From: Felis catus
Taxonomy: Eukaryota
Assembly: GCF_018350175.1 (NCBI RefSeq)
Contig: NC_058368.1
Coordinates: 44,580,001-44,644,000 of the forward strand
Length of the DNA stretch: 64,000 bases
Reading direction: 5' to 3'
Under the pieces are notes generated by a model, which was not told the DNA's origin, ran no database searches, and saw only the letters and a program-made list of their open reading frames with translations. Shown here piece after piece: positions 50,066 through 63,703 of the stretch. A program made the translations under genes and the position numbers. The first letter of the stretch is position 1, and every line of letters begins with the position of its first letter.

Positions 50066-50500
50066 GGGCCGCCTGGGTGGCTTAGTTGGTTAGGGGTCCA
50101 ACTTTAGCTCAGGTCATGATCTCGCGGTTTAGGAGTTTGAGTCCCATGTCAAGCTCTGTGCTGACATGTCGGAGCCTGGCGCCTGCTTCCGATTCTGTGT
50201 CTCCCTCTCTCTCTGCCCCTCCCCTGCTCACGCTCTGTGTCTCTCTGTCTCTCAATTATAAATAAACATTAAAAAAATTATAAAAATTTTTTAAAAGAGG
50301 GGCACCTGGGTGCTGGTTAAGCCTCAGACTTCTGCTCAGGTCATGATCTCATGGTTTGTGAGTTCCAGCCCGGCGTTGGGCTCTGTGCTGACAGCTCAGA
50401 GACTGGAGCCTGCTCCGGATTCTGTGTCTCCCTCTTTTTCTGCCCCTCCCATGCTCACGCTCTATCTCCTTCTCAAAAATAAACATTAAAATGTTTTTTA
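50066..50500 (+). mobile_element. Two tandem Can-SINEs (~50066-50277 and ~50298-50490)
   Basis: Two complete head-body-tail units. Confidence 0.93.
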
Positions 50501-50567
50501 AAAAAATTTAAAGAAAGCCAAAACTTGGCTGAGACTCTTGGAGGTCTATGAATCTCTCCTTGCCTTT

Positions 50568-50568
<1 letters not shown>

Positions 50569-50610
<42 letters not shown>
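50569..50610. repeat. (CA)n microsatellite
   Basis: Direct observation. Confidence 0.95.
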
Positions 50611-50613
<3 letters not shown>

Positions 50614-52617
50614 CAAGTGGCTTTACCACTCAGAAGAATATAGTAAAGACAGGTTCAGCTTATAGAAAAGATAAAAACTCAGCCTTCGGGGCTGGAAATT
50701 GCTATATATCCTATTAAGATTTTTTTCTCAGCATTTTTATTGCTCTGCTCTGATGGAAAAAAAATGAGAATTACTGCCAAAGAGCAAAACTCGCTGAGTT
50801 TTTATGGTCCTTACTGTGTTGCCTGTTGTTTTAATATCTATAAAATTTCAGAATATCCACGTGAATGTAAAAGTAAGAAAAAGAACTAAGATCCTTTATA
50901 TTGGCTGGAGAAGAGTTGTTTAGTTTTAAACAAACACTATATTAAGCACTCTATCAAGACACATAATAGAAAAGCAGCTGCTTGAAGACTTTAGATACTA
51001 TTGTCACAACTATCTCATGATCCTTTTGTTTCCTATGAATTGGATAACTGAGTCTAGACAAGTTATATTTTTCCTCTATGCAATTTTAGAGTATGTTAAA
51101 ATTAGAGAATAATTCTATCCTATTTATTTAGTATTTGACTTGTTCTTTTTTACCACCAGTTTAGACACAATTTAATTCCAACTATTAACCTCCAAAATCA
51201 GATCTTAGTGTGTAATTGAGTTTCAAACAGTTACTTCATTACCAGTGAATGTACGACACCTGCATGCTGTAGTGGAGGGCAAGAGTGTGGCTAAACACCC
51301 TATTAGATAAATCTGTACATTTATTTCATGTAATGGATAAGCTTTTCCAAATATTTTATTAGATTTTCCAATATGATGATAGACCAAAAGATTTTACACT
51401 AGTGCATCCTTACCTTTTCCAGAAATGTGGTGATGAAATGAGTATACATTTGAAATTTAAGCAAACTTTCACATTGAAGGATGTATAGAAGAACTTATTT
51501 TGTGGGATTGTTAAAGTCAAGAACAGCACAAGACATTAACAGTCTCCACATTATTTCAAAATGATGGAATGTAATAATGTATAATGTTGTCCTCAATTTT
51601 CTTTTCTTCAGCATAGAACACAAATCTCAGAAATTAGGGGAAATTTTTCCACTATCTACCCACATTTTCTCCCAGCGCATACCCTAGGGGACATCAAAGC
51701 AACTGTTACATTCACTCCTACTTTCAGCCAACTGAGGCTTGACAGTAATAATCTACTTGAAGTAATTTTCTCTGCTAACATTTTATACTTATCACTGTCA
51801 AGCAGTCATTATCATTGACATTTGGCAGCATTTCAGAATCTATCATGTTGTCTAACACCTGCCAAGGTTTATGCATAAGACTCAGAAGTGTATTAGGAAC
51901 TACTCAAATTAATTACTATTTCATTAATGGTTTTACAATACTCATATATACCCATACTCTAACAGTCACATACCTTCACGCTTAGATATTTCTCAATAAA
52001 GTTTTTAAAAATGTATACACCATTGTTGAATGTTAACATATTTATTAGTCTAAAATCTATGTAACCAGTTCAGATTTCTGGTCTTCTTATATTTAATTTA
52101 ATTCCAAAAGAGGTGGGGGGGGGGAAAGCCATTAAAAATGACTCATACATAACAAAACTTAATTCATAGAGATGCTATCTAAATCTTCTATCACTCAGTG
52201 CCTTTTGTTGTATAAAATGTATTTTTAAGAGACCAAATGAAGAGCGCACCTAAAATATAATTTGTATTAGTTACCATTTATTTTTAACATTTTACCTACA
52301 TTCTAAGCATTAGCTTTATGTTTACAACTTTTTATTCTGTACTGAAACTGGAAATTCACACTTCGTTTTATCTCCTTCTCCATATGAAAAGTCAATACAT
52401 ACAGAGTACATATTTTAGGATTGATGAAAATATGTATATTCCTTAACATTGGAAACTTTAGGGATTATTACAAGATTATTGCAACTATAGATTTTTCCCT
52501 ATGGAAAGCTTAAAGTATCCTTGTATGCTGTTGCTAGCTACAGAGATTATTGTATCTTTAACAATCAGGAAAACTTCTACTTACTTGATTTTAATTTGTA
52601 TAGTTTAAAGTGTTTCC

Positions 52618-52667
<50 letters not shown>

Positions 52668-52687
52668 TCTTGAGAATGAGAAGAACA

Positions 52688-55182
52688 TTGGTTATTTGGG
52701 ATCTTTTGCAGTTATGTACAAATTTGAGGATTGTTTTTTTCTATTTCTGTGAAAAATGCTGTTGGAAGCCTGATAGGGATTGCATTGAGTTTGTAGATTG
52801 CTTCGTTTAATCTGGACATTTTAACAATATTAGGTCTACTAATCCATGGATATAGGATACCTTTCCATTTGTTTATGCCCTCTTTATTTCTTTCATCCAC
52901 ATCTTGTAGTTTTCATTGTATAGATCTTTCACTTCCTTAATTAAACTTATTCCTAAGTATTTTATTGTTTTGATGCTATTGTGAGTAGGAAAGTTTCCTT
53001 TATTTCTTTTTCAGATAGTCATCGTTAATATTTAGAAATGCAACTGATTCTGTTGAGTTTATATCCTGCAGCTTTACTGAATTATTTTATTAGTTCCAAC
53101 AGTTTTGTGGTTGAGTCTTTAGTATTTTTTCTATATAAAATAATATAATCTGTAAATAATGATAATTTTACCTCTTCTTTTCCAAAGTGAATGCCTTTTA
53201 TTTGTCTTGCATAATTCCTCTAGTTAAGACTTTAAGTACTATGTTGGATAAGAGTGGTGAGAGTGGGCAACTTTGTCTTTGTCTTGTTCCTAATTTTAGA
53301 GGAAAAGCTTGAAGTATTTTCACTGTTCAGGATGATGTTAGCTGTGAGTTTGTCTATAAGACTCCTAGTAGCAAAACAATCACATGAAAGAGGAACAAAG
53401 CTGGAGGCATCACACCACATGACTTCCAACTGTACTACAAAAGTATAGTAATTAAAACAATATGGCACTGGCATAAAAATAAATACATACACCAATGAAA
53501 CAGAATAACAGTCCCAGAAATTACTCCCTGAATATAAGGTCTACTAATATTTGACAAGGGGAATAGATAGTGTGTTCAACAAATGGTGTTGGGAAAACTG
53601 GATATCCACATGCAGAAATATGAAGTTGACCCATATCTTACACCACTTATAAAAGTTAACTCCAAATGAATTAAACACTTAAACCCATGATCAGACACCA
53701 TAAAACTCCTAGAAGTAACATAGGAAAGAAACTCATTGACATTGATATTGGCAATTTTTTTTTTTGGATATGACACTAAAAGCACAAGCAACAAAACCAA
53801 AAACCAACAAATAGGACTACATCAAAAAAGTTTCTGCACAGCAAAAGAAACCATCAGCAAAATGAAAAGGCAACCTACAGTATGGGAGAAAAAATTCACA
53901 AGCCATATATCAGATAAGAAGCTAATATCCAAATATATAAAAGACTCATATAACTCAATAACAGAGAAACAACCCAATTAACAAATGAGCAGAGGAACTG
54001 AATAGATGTTTATACAAAGAAGACATCCAGGACAACAAGTACATGAAAAGATGTTTAAATCTCTAATCTTCAGGCAAATGCAAATCAAAATTGCAGTGAG
54101 TTATCACTTCACATCTGTTAGAATGGTTATCAGGAAAAGGTAAGGGACAACAAGTGTTGATGAGGTTGCAGAGAAAGGCAACACTTGTAAATTGGTTCAG
54201 TCAATATGGAAAGCAGCATGAAATTCCTCCAGAAATTAAAATTAGAACTACCATATGATCCATCAATCCCACTTCTGAGTATATTTTCAAAGGAAATGAA
54301 AACAGCATGTCAAAATTCGCCCTTTCTGTTTATTGCAACATTATTCACATTACCTAAGATGTGGAAACAACCCAAGTATATCAGTGGATGACTGGATAAA
54401 GTCCACTAGATCAGTGGATGACTGGTATATATACAATGGAAGGTTCATCTGTGAGAAGGAAGGAAATCTTGTCAATTGCAACAACGTGAAGGGACCTTGA
54501 GAGCATTAAGCTAGGTGAGATAAGTTGACAGAGAAAAACAAATACTGAATGTTATCACTTATAAATGAAATCTAAGAAAGATGAACTTTGGGGCCCCTGG
54601 GTGGCTCAGTCAGTTGAGTGTCCAACTCTTGATTTCTCCTCAAGTCATGACCCCAGAGTCATGGGTTTGAGCCCATGTTGAACAGGCTTCGTGCTGAGTG
54701 TGGAGCCTGCTTAAGATTTTCTCTCTATATACCCCTCTGCCTCATCCCCACTCAGGCTCTCGCTCTCTCTTTAAAATTAATTAATTACTTAATTAATCAA
54801 GTAAAATAAAAAAGCTAAATTCATAAAAACAGAGTGTAGAATAATAGTTACCTGGGCTGGGGATGGGGGAATTCAGGAGATGTTTAAGGGTACAAACATG
54901 CAACTAGCAGATAAAAAAGTTGTGGAAATCTAATGCAAAGCAAGTGGCTGAAATAAACAATAATACATTATGTTCTTCAAAGTTGCTAAGAAACTTGTTC
55001 CCACAAGTAAAAAGAAATGATAAATATGTGACTCAATAGGTTGTAGCTAATGCTATAGTGCTGGTAAACATATTGCAATATATGTATCAAATGAATGAGT
55101 TGTATCAAATCAATGAGTTGTACATCTTAAATTTACACAATGTTACAAGTCAATTATATCTTTAATAATAATAAAATAAAAA
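52688..55182 (+). mobile_element. 5'-inverted L1 (L1MA-like) with a Can-SINE inserted at ~54590-54800
   Basis: 52688-~53358 antisense ORF2; ~53365-55182 sense ORF2 plus 3' UTR and A tail; TSD AGAATGAGAAGAACA / AGAATGAGGAGAGCA. Confidence 0.9.
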
Positions 55183-55829
55183 AGAATGAGGAGAGCAAAA
55201 GTAACTTGAAAAGAACTTATTTGAATTAGAACAACCAGTTAGATTCAGGTATTAGACTACAAGAGGTTTTTAACAGTACAACTATTTAAAACCTTTGCTT
55301 GTTATAATCATAATACTTTGATACTCCTTGATATATTTAATTCTCTCTGTATTAAAGCATTTAAGAGATTTTGGTAAAATGACAGAATAAAGAGAAAACA
55401 CAAGACATCACCTTTCACAGTTTCCTGGAGGTTTTAAACTTGTCTAAATAAACTCTGTAAATGCTCTCTATAAACAGCAAATTTGAATTATACAGGATAT
55501 ATAAACCAAACTCACCTATACCACATAGTTAACAAAAAATAACACAGAGAGAAAACCAATAGTACTTCATTGTTTTGAATGATAGGAAAATGAAAATACT
55601 CATAGCTGTGCTTTAAAAATAAATTCACATAAGCTGAACTTTAATATACACATATTCTCTGTAAGATCAAAACAAATGTGTGATTATTTTGTAGGATTTT
55701 CTTTCAGATTTCCCATACTTTAATATCATATTCACATTAAACCTATTTCCCTCTCTCTCCTTCTCTCTCTTTGGTGTATCATCTTTCTATCTCTTTGGTA
55801 ATTTAATGGGTCATCTATAGAGGCACACA

Positions 55830-56000
55830 GATATATGTATATATATATGTGTGTGTGTATATGTATATATGTATGTGTATATATGTATACATATGTATAT
55901 GTATATATATGTATATACGTGTATGTATATATGTATACATATGTATATATATGTATATATATATATACATAGAAATGTATATATACACATATATACATAA
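55830..56000. repeat. (TA/TG)n low-complexity microsatellite
   Basis: Direct observation. Confidence 0.93.
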
Positions 56001-56502
56001 TAGGATAACCATTAAATTACCACTTATATAGGTATATAGTATTTTTATATATAATGTATATTTCATATATATTTGAGAAATTTAATTTTAGAAATTAAAG
56101 ACCTGAAAGCCTGAGAGAAAAACATGTAAATAATATAGCAGGTTTGAAGATACAGTCACTGCTGCTGAAATTTTTCTACAAATTATGTCTTCACATTTTC
56201 ATCTACTTTCTGAAGTTATTGTTATTAACCAGATCTTATAAGAACTGAGTATCAGAATATCTAAGTTATCTGATACATTTCTTGAATTCTATAATATATT
56301 TTTCTTTCATGGAACCACCGGAGCTACTAATATGCATCTCCATTTATTTGGGAGTTGTAATGGTGTTACTGGGTGTCCAGGAAGAAGTGAGGAATGGATA
56401 TATACATAGTGGAAGGAGAACAGTTTGCTGTCTTTCACAATTGATCAGTATTATATAACACCTAACTTACCGAATGGCAGGTAAGAAATTTGAAACAACC
56501 CT

Positions 56503-56848
56503 TGCTAAGGTCTGAATTTTTGTGTCCTCCAAAAATTTGTTGAAATTCTAAACCCCAAAGTTCATGGTATTAGTAGGGTGAGGCTCTTGGGAAGTGATTA
56601 AGTCATGAGGGTGACTCCTTCCTGAGTTGGATTAGTGCTCTCATAAAATAGATCCCAAGAGGCCCCTACCCCCTTCCACCACGTAAGGACACATTGAGAA
56701 GTCTCTGACCCAGAAGAGGGCTCTTGCCTGGTCGTATTGGCACCTTGATCTTGGACTTCCAAACTCCAGAGCTATGAACTATACATTTCTACTGTTTATA
56801 AGCTAGCCAGTCTGGTATTCTGTATAGCAGCCCCAACATAATAAGACA
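56503..56848 (+). mobile_element. MaLR LTR (MLT1A-like)
   Basis: GGTCTGAATTTTTGTGTCC...AAGTGATTAAGTCATGAGGG...CACCTTGATCTTGGACTTCC...TAAGACA. Confidence 0.88.
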
Positions 56849-57109
56849 CCTTTGCTAAATCCAAACCTAATGTTGCAAATACATGTCAGATAACTCTAAT
56901 TTTCAATAGAAACATTTTTTAAAAAGAATATTCTGTTTATTTTGTATGAAAATACTGGAAAAATTAACAGTAATATGAAAGTGAAAATTCCAGAATTACT
57001 AAAGTATAAAGACTTGATATATTTTAGTTTATGTTTGAAATACTATAAAATATTATAGTATTATGTATATAATAAATATATTATATACAATCATATATAA
57101 AATATTATT

Positions 57110-57500
57110 GAATGAGAGCAGAGGGAAAAAAGGAGAATTCAAAGAAAGCACAAAGTTTTTTTTTGGCCTGAGAAATTAGAGGGATGAGCTGCTTTCAACT
57201 GAGGTATCATAGGCTGAGGCTAGGTGAGATATTGGAAGAAAAGTTTGGGAGTTCAGTTGTGGACATGTTAAGTTTAAGTTTAGATATCCAATTAGAGGCA
57301 TCATGGAGAAAGTTGGAAATATGAGTCTAGAGGATTAAAGAAAAAGATGAGTTGGAGTTATAAAAGTGAAATTTTAAGCATATAATGTGATCATATTTAA
57401 AGACATAAGACTGGTTGTACTTATCTGGACAATAGGCATAGATAGGAAAGATTCCCTGGACATTATTAATATGTGAATAAGAGAAGGAACCCCTAGAACA
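57110..57500 (-). mobile_element. L2 fragment
   Basis: TTTTGGCCTGAG...GAGTTCAGTTGTGGACATGTTAAGTTT...GATATCCAA. Confidence 0.7.
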
Positions 57501-57949
57501 TACTGCCTGACTTTGCCACATCTGAGTGATACTGATTTATATGTCAGAGACAGGTCCTCAGCCATAAAATAATGTTAAAGCACAACATGAATTATTTCAT
57601 TCAATACTGTCAAAAACTTTATTAATGAATTGTATAATTGTCCCCATTTTTATGTATATAAATCTGTTGAGTAACACATACTGATTAAGCGACTATCAGG
57701 TATTACTGAGTTTTTAACTATTAGACAGTATTATAGCTTGTATTGCTCTTGGATTGATATCTTCTTTAAGGGAAGAGAGAGAGAAGAGGGAGAGACATAG
57801 AAGCTTCTTTCCAAATTATACACTGATGTAGTATTCACATGCATTTGTTCCATGAATGAATACACATATTTGTTGATTGAATAAACATTTCACTTGGGAA
57901 TTTAAAAAGATAGCCTATAGCTAATTGTACATCAAGTCTCCAAACTTTT

Positions 57950-58249
57950 TTTTCTTTTTTTAATGTTTATTTATTTCTGAGAGAGAGAGGAGGAGAGCAT
58001 GAACAGGGAAGGGGCAGAGAGAAAGGGAGACACAGAATCTGAAGCAGGCTCCAGGCTCTGAGCTGTCAGCACAGAGCCCGACGCAGGGCTTGAACTCACA
58101 AAATGAGAGATCAGGACACTCAACCAACTGAGCCACCCAGGCGCCCCAATACTATTCTTACTTTCTAATCTTATAATAAACACAGGGTTTGAACTCATGA
58201 ACTGCGAGCCAAAGTCAGAAGCCCAACGACTGAGATACCCAGGCACCCC
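57950..58249 (-). mobile_element. Composite Can-SINE: SINE head, ~35-nt spacer, second SINE, within one TSD
   Basis: TSD AGTCTCCAAACTTTT (57935-57949) / AGTCTCAGAACTTTT (58251-58265). Confidence 0.8.
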
Positions 58250-59559
58250 GAGTCTCAGAACTTTTAATCAGCATTCAGATCACATTAACTACTATTACTT
58301 TTCTAGCATTACTTTTCATTATGTTTTCATTTGATTATTTTTTGTTAAATAATAGCTCCTGAATTCCATCTTAGTTTTTTTTCTACATCCTCTTCTCTAG
58401 AGCGTTTCTTCTTCTTGATATTAAGTAATTTCCAGTATTTCTTCAAAAATCTCAATTACATGAATTATTTATTTTTATTCCTTCAGTTTTATACACATTT
58501 GGTAGTGTGTAAAAATAGATTCTAGGTGGAAAGTGAAATAAATAATCAAAACTAGGAAAGTAACACTATACATGTACGACCAACAGTCAAAGGTAAGATA
58601 CTGTGCATTTACCCTAAATAAGAAAATAATCACATAAAAAGGAAGCATTCAAAGAATATTCTGATAGAAAATAAGTAAGTAGAAGGTACAGAATGTGACA
58701 TGTGATAAGCCTCCTGAAAAATCACCAGAGTATTTGTGATCAGGTGTATCTATAAGTTTAACTCTTGACAATGCAAACTCAGTGGAAGGTCTATGCTCTC
58801 ATGCAAAGAATACAAAATTACATATTTAGTGCTCAATTTTATTTATTAGTAATGATTAGGTTTCAACATAGCAGCGTTTTGGATAACATATGTTATTAAA
58901 ATGAATATGTGCACCATTTTTGTCAGCAATAATTTATAATCTAATTAATTGAGACAGCATATAAGCACATCCAACCCTGCAATAATCTAGTGGATTAAAA
59001 ATTTTAGTGTCTTTGCCCCTTTAATCATATCACGTAAAATATTTGATTTTGAGTTTATGAGGGGAAGCACACTGATGTTTTCCGATCTCAATTACTCACT
59101 CAATGCAGTAAGTAAAGTAATTTTAATAAATTAAAACCTATATATTTTTTAGCTGAATTCAAATGACTATTATAAGGAGGCACTAAATAACTTTGTTTAA
59201 AAAGACTAATTCTACCTGTGAAGTGTGAGGCCTCCAAATGACCCAGACCACATTTTATTTTCTATCAGAAGATAATAAAACCAGAGAACCCTTTCTTGGT
59301 ACTATCTGGTCAGGGAAAGTTGGTTCTATTTTTATGTTTGCCCAACTGTGACAGTCTCATTCACATTTTGGAATCATGACAGACAACCCAATGGCATTCT
59401 TTCTAGAATGCTGATAAAGACTGTAGACAGCTGACTAGAACAAATTGACATATTTCAGGCTTTTAAAGTCTCTATCTCCTAAAATTTCCACTTATGTGGC
59501 CTGGAACCTTAATGCCAGCTAATCATGGCTTTTCCCTCATCTAAAATAATTTTAGTTTA

Positions 59560-59770
59560 GGGGTGGCTGGGTTGCTCAGTTGGTTAAGCATCAGACTTTG
59601 GCTCAGGTCATGATCTCTCAGTTCATGAGTTCGAGTCCCGTGTTGGGCTCTTTGCTGACAGCTCAGAGCCTGAAACCTGTTTCAGATTGTGTGTCCCCCT
59701 CTCTCTGGTCTCCCTCCCCCTCTTGCTCACACTCTCTCTGTCTCTCTCTCAAAAATAAATAATTTTTTTT
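59560..59770 (+). mobile_element. Can-SINE
   Basis: Head, GGCTCAGGTCATGATCTC, CT tract, tail. Confidence 0.93.
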
Positions 59771-61147
59771 TAATTTAAAAATTAAAACAGTAGATAATTT
59801 TACTTTAACAATGAATCTTATCTCTTTTTTCACATGCACTGTCTAAACTGATCTCACAGTTATTCTTCAACTTTATGCTATATTAATGTACATTAATGAC
59901 TACAGTATCCATATAATCATATCACAAGATTTGATTTTGATCTTGTCTTAAGATTTTGATCTTGACAATAACCACCAGCTCTTTATTTATGCTTCTATTT
60001 AGCCAGCCATTGCAAGAGGACCTAAGACCTTGATACTCCCCAGAAATAGATCTCTAAAATCTTATATTTCAAATGCTGAGCTTGAGTTATAGTGACTACA
60101 TTTATTTCCTCATCGTAATTCAAACAAACTGTGTTTTGACTTTATTGAGATCTATTTTATATCCAGCAATTTCTTCTTTCTTTCTATCATGTCTTTTATA
60201 ACATTCTTTCTTTCCCAATTTGGCTTAAAGAGCATAATTTTGGGCGGGGGTGGAAAGATTGCCACAGAAAGACAGTTTTAATGGTATCCTTTGTATTATA
60301 ACTATAAAATGAATCTAAAATGGGTGCTAAAGAAATTTTAAATAAATCAATAACAAAATGATACTAAAAATAAGTGAGAGAGGGTTGGGGATAAGAAGTG
60401 GGTAGGATACGAAATGAGAAGTTTTTGAGGATATCAAAAAATGTAAAACCAGTGTTAAAATCTGTTTGCAAAGAAGTAATACATAAAGCATCATTGCAGG
60501 ACAAGAAATAAATTGTGGGGTAGAAATAAATTGTAAAGCTCTACGGATGTGTTATGTATAAACACTCTCAAAATGGACAACCAGATAGGCTAGCACACTC
60601 TATGTTTGTAATCTGGGTACTTTTAGGGTCTGACTAATTAGCTCAGATTTTTTACTGTGAATATCTGCTACTGGAAAAAGAGCATTCATGGTAGTTTTAG
60701 TACGTCCATTCTCATTGAGCACTATAGTATTCGGTAAAGTTTATTCTGGTCCAGAGTCATTGCTAACCAACTGTAGTGTAATTGCTCAGCATTAAAATTA
60801 ATTTATTAATATGCAATTAATAAGGAATGTAACTATCATATCTATCGTTAAATAATTATCATATAAAATTTATTTCACCATTCAAAGGTGAACACTCCAA
60901 AAATCATTTTCCATTTATTTTCCTAAGCCATATTAGCAATCAGCAAACAAAAATAACTCTGCGTTCAAGATTAAGCATATATTGAGAAACAAAATACATT
61001 ATTTCTTCTTAAAAAGATCACAACTTAGTTGCATAAGTTAGGAAAAGATTAAAGTAACTTTGAATAAAGTTTATTTGCATTCCTGTATTGAAATTGAGAG
61101 GTAACACAGAGAAACTTTCTTTACCACATATTAAAATAGTTTATTAA

Positions 61148-61367
61148 GGGGTGCCTGGGTGGCTCAGTCAGTTGAGCATCCAATTTCAGTTCAGGTCATA
61201 ATCTCACAGTTTGTGGGTTCAAGCCCCATGTCAGGCTCTGTGCTGACAGCTCAGACCCTGGAGCCTGCTTCAGATTCTGTGTCTCTGTCTCTCTCTGCCC
61301 CTCTCCAACTTGTGCTCTGTCTCTCTCTCTCAAAAATAAATAAACATTTAAAAATTAAATTAAAAAA
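61148..61367 (+). mobile_element. Can-SINE
   Basis: TSD AGTTTATTAA. Confidence 0.94.
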
Positions 61368-61523
61368 CCCAGTTTATTAAAGCTTTAATAATCCAGCAGT
61401 ACAGTTCATTCACAAACAAGGGGGGAAGGGAGGGAGATAAAGACAGAACCAAAAACAAAGAGACAGAGATATACCAAAGAGCAAAAGAAAACCCTAAAAC
61501 ATTAACATTAAAGATCAGTTTCA

Positions 61524-61727
61524 GGGTGCCTGGGTGGCTCAGTTGGTTGGGCGTCTGACTTCGGCTCAGGTCATGATCTCACAGTTCGTGAGTTAGAGCT
61601 CCGCGTCGGGTTCTGTGCTGACAGCTCAGAGCCTGGAGCCCGTTTCAGATTCTGTGTCTCCCTCTCTCCCTGCCCCTCCCCTGTGTCTCTGTCTCAAGAA
61701 TAAATAAACATTAAAAAAAATTTTTTT
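61524..61727 (+). mobile_element. Can-SINE
   Basis: 16-bp TSD TTAAAGATCAGTTTCA (61508-61523, 61728-61743). Confidence 0.96.
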
Positions 61728-62433
61728 TTAAAGATCAGTTTCAGTACATTTCCCCTGTTTCCATGAGGGTTTACTGAATTTGAGTAAATCTTAAATAGGT
61801 TTTGTGAAATAAACCTATTCGGTGGGGTGAATTTGTAACCTGAAGTTAAACAAAAACAACACATTCTATCCTTTTGACCACAATAATTGATCAAGGATGA
61901 ACACATGACACAATCTGAACATGAGTCATCCAGAGGCTTTTGTTCCTGACACTGGGGAAGAGAAGTAATAAAAACTGAAGGAATGTAAATGCCTCAACAC
62001 AACACAAAAACAATGTCCAATGTCATTAGTGAACAAAGGCATGAAAATTAAAAAAAAAACAATTGAGATATATTTTTTAATTATGAAGCTAGATTTTGAA
62101 GGATAAGTAAGTGTACAAAAGAAGAAAGACACAAAACACAAGGAATATTGAAAATAGTATTGTGTATTTTTAAAACTGCCAAAAAATAACATTCACCTCT
62201 TGTTTTTGTTTGTTTGTTTGTTTTCCACATGATAAGTTACTAAGTAAATGGTTGCATGGAAATTACTGTCAGCTCGAAATGTCTTTTTTCTTTCACAATA
62301 ATAACATTTTTTACTTAATATGTGGATATTCAAAAGAAAGACTACATTTCCCGGTGGCCTACCACCAAAATTCTAGTCAATAGGTGGAAATATTATGTGG
62401 CAACTTCTGGCAAAATCTTTGTCAAAGACAGAT

Positions 62434-63360
62434 TGTACTGAAAAAAATTAAATAGACAAGAAAATCTTTATTCAAGACTGTTGCAATAAGGAAGAGATAT
62501 TGAAATCAACTCCATTGATTGAAACAAAAGGCAGGAGGTTTCTTAAGCAATGGAGTCATTTTTAATATTTATTTACTTATATTTATTATTTTTGAGAAGA
62601 GGGGAGGGGCAGAGAGAGAGGGAGAGAGAGAATCCTAATCACTGGGCTGACAGTGCTGAGCTCGACACGGAGCTCAATCCCAGGACCATGCGATGATGAC
62701 CTGAACCAAAATCAAAACTCGGAAGCTTAACCTACTGAGCCACCCAGGTGCCCATGAATGGAGTAGTTTCTAAACAATGGAGTAAGTAGTGAAAAGTGCT
62801 AGAGGACAGGACTTTACTGGGGACAGGTTGATCTCTGGGATGTGTTAAGCACATTGAATCATTCCTGAATTTGCAGATACTTTTCTCTGTGATTAGGCCA
62901 TCTGTGTTTCCTAACTAGTGTTCATCAAAGTTAGGTTCCTAAGCTCCCACAGATACTGGGAAATAGGGGCACTATTTTTCTTGATTGCATTTGAAAGGGA
63001 TTATCTCCAGGTCCAGGAGAAAGACATTTCTAGGTTGTAAAACTGGCTAGAGGCTGGGAAATTTATCTACGATTCAGAGGAGCAGAGGAAGAATTTGCAA
63101 TTAGAAGTTTTCTTTTCTTTTTTTTTGTTTTTAGTAATTGAGTTATTTATTTTCTTATTGTTGAATTTTAAGAGGTCTTTGTTTTATTTATTTTTTTTAT
63201 ATATGAAATTTATTGTCAAATTGGTTTCCATACGATCAAAAAGCAATTAGAAGTTTTCTAAAGTAATTGTTCTAACAAAAGAGAAATTAGGGATTTACAG
63301 TCAGGAAAATATCTGTCTAAATTTTAATCAAGCTGAGGTAGTCTTGGTTATCCTTTAACA
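62434..63360 (-). mobile_element. ERV1 solo LTR (MER67/MER31-like) carrying a Can-SINE (~62560-62754) and a short L1-mediated insertion
   Basis: CTTTATTCAAGACTGTTGCAATA, GTGATTAGGCCATCTGTGTTT, TCTGTCTAAATTTTAATCAAGCTGAGG. Confidence 0.7.
63114..63242 (-). mobile_element. Extremely 5'-truncated felid L1 with 3' transduction
   Basis: 17-bp perfect TSD GCAATTAGAAGTTTTCT (63097-63113, 63243-63259); L1_Fc-type 3' end at 63199-63233; two A tails. Confidence 0.8.
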
Positions 63361-63703
63361 AAACTAAAAATGTTGATGACCTTTGCCCTTTATTAATTTC
63401 TTCTTCAATCCTGATGTCTGGGATGTAGATTATTCTTTGGACTTAGATAATATGGGATATACTTTAGTGGTAGCAGAATAGTAAGCTGAAGAGATCCTGT
63501 GTCTGTGAGGACTTTGTGGAGCAGAGAGTACTATATCAGCTCTAGACTGCATACTTCCAGATATTCTGTGTGTTTAAGCCATTGGGCGATTTGGGTCTCT
63601 GTTGCTCTCAACTGAACATAATGTAATTTACTGCTTGGTTGTTGAATTGTAGCAAATCCAAAGGGATTCCAAAATAGCTTCTTTGACCTTCACCAACAGT
63701 ATG

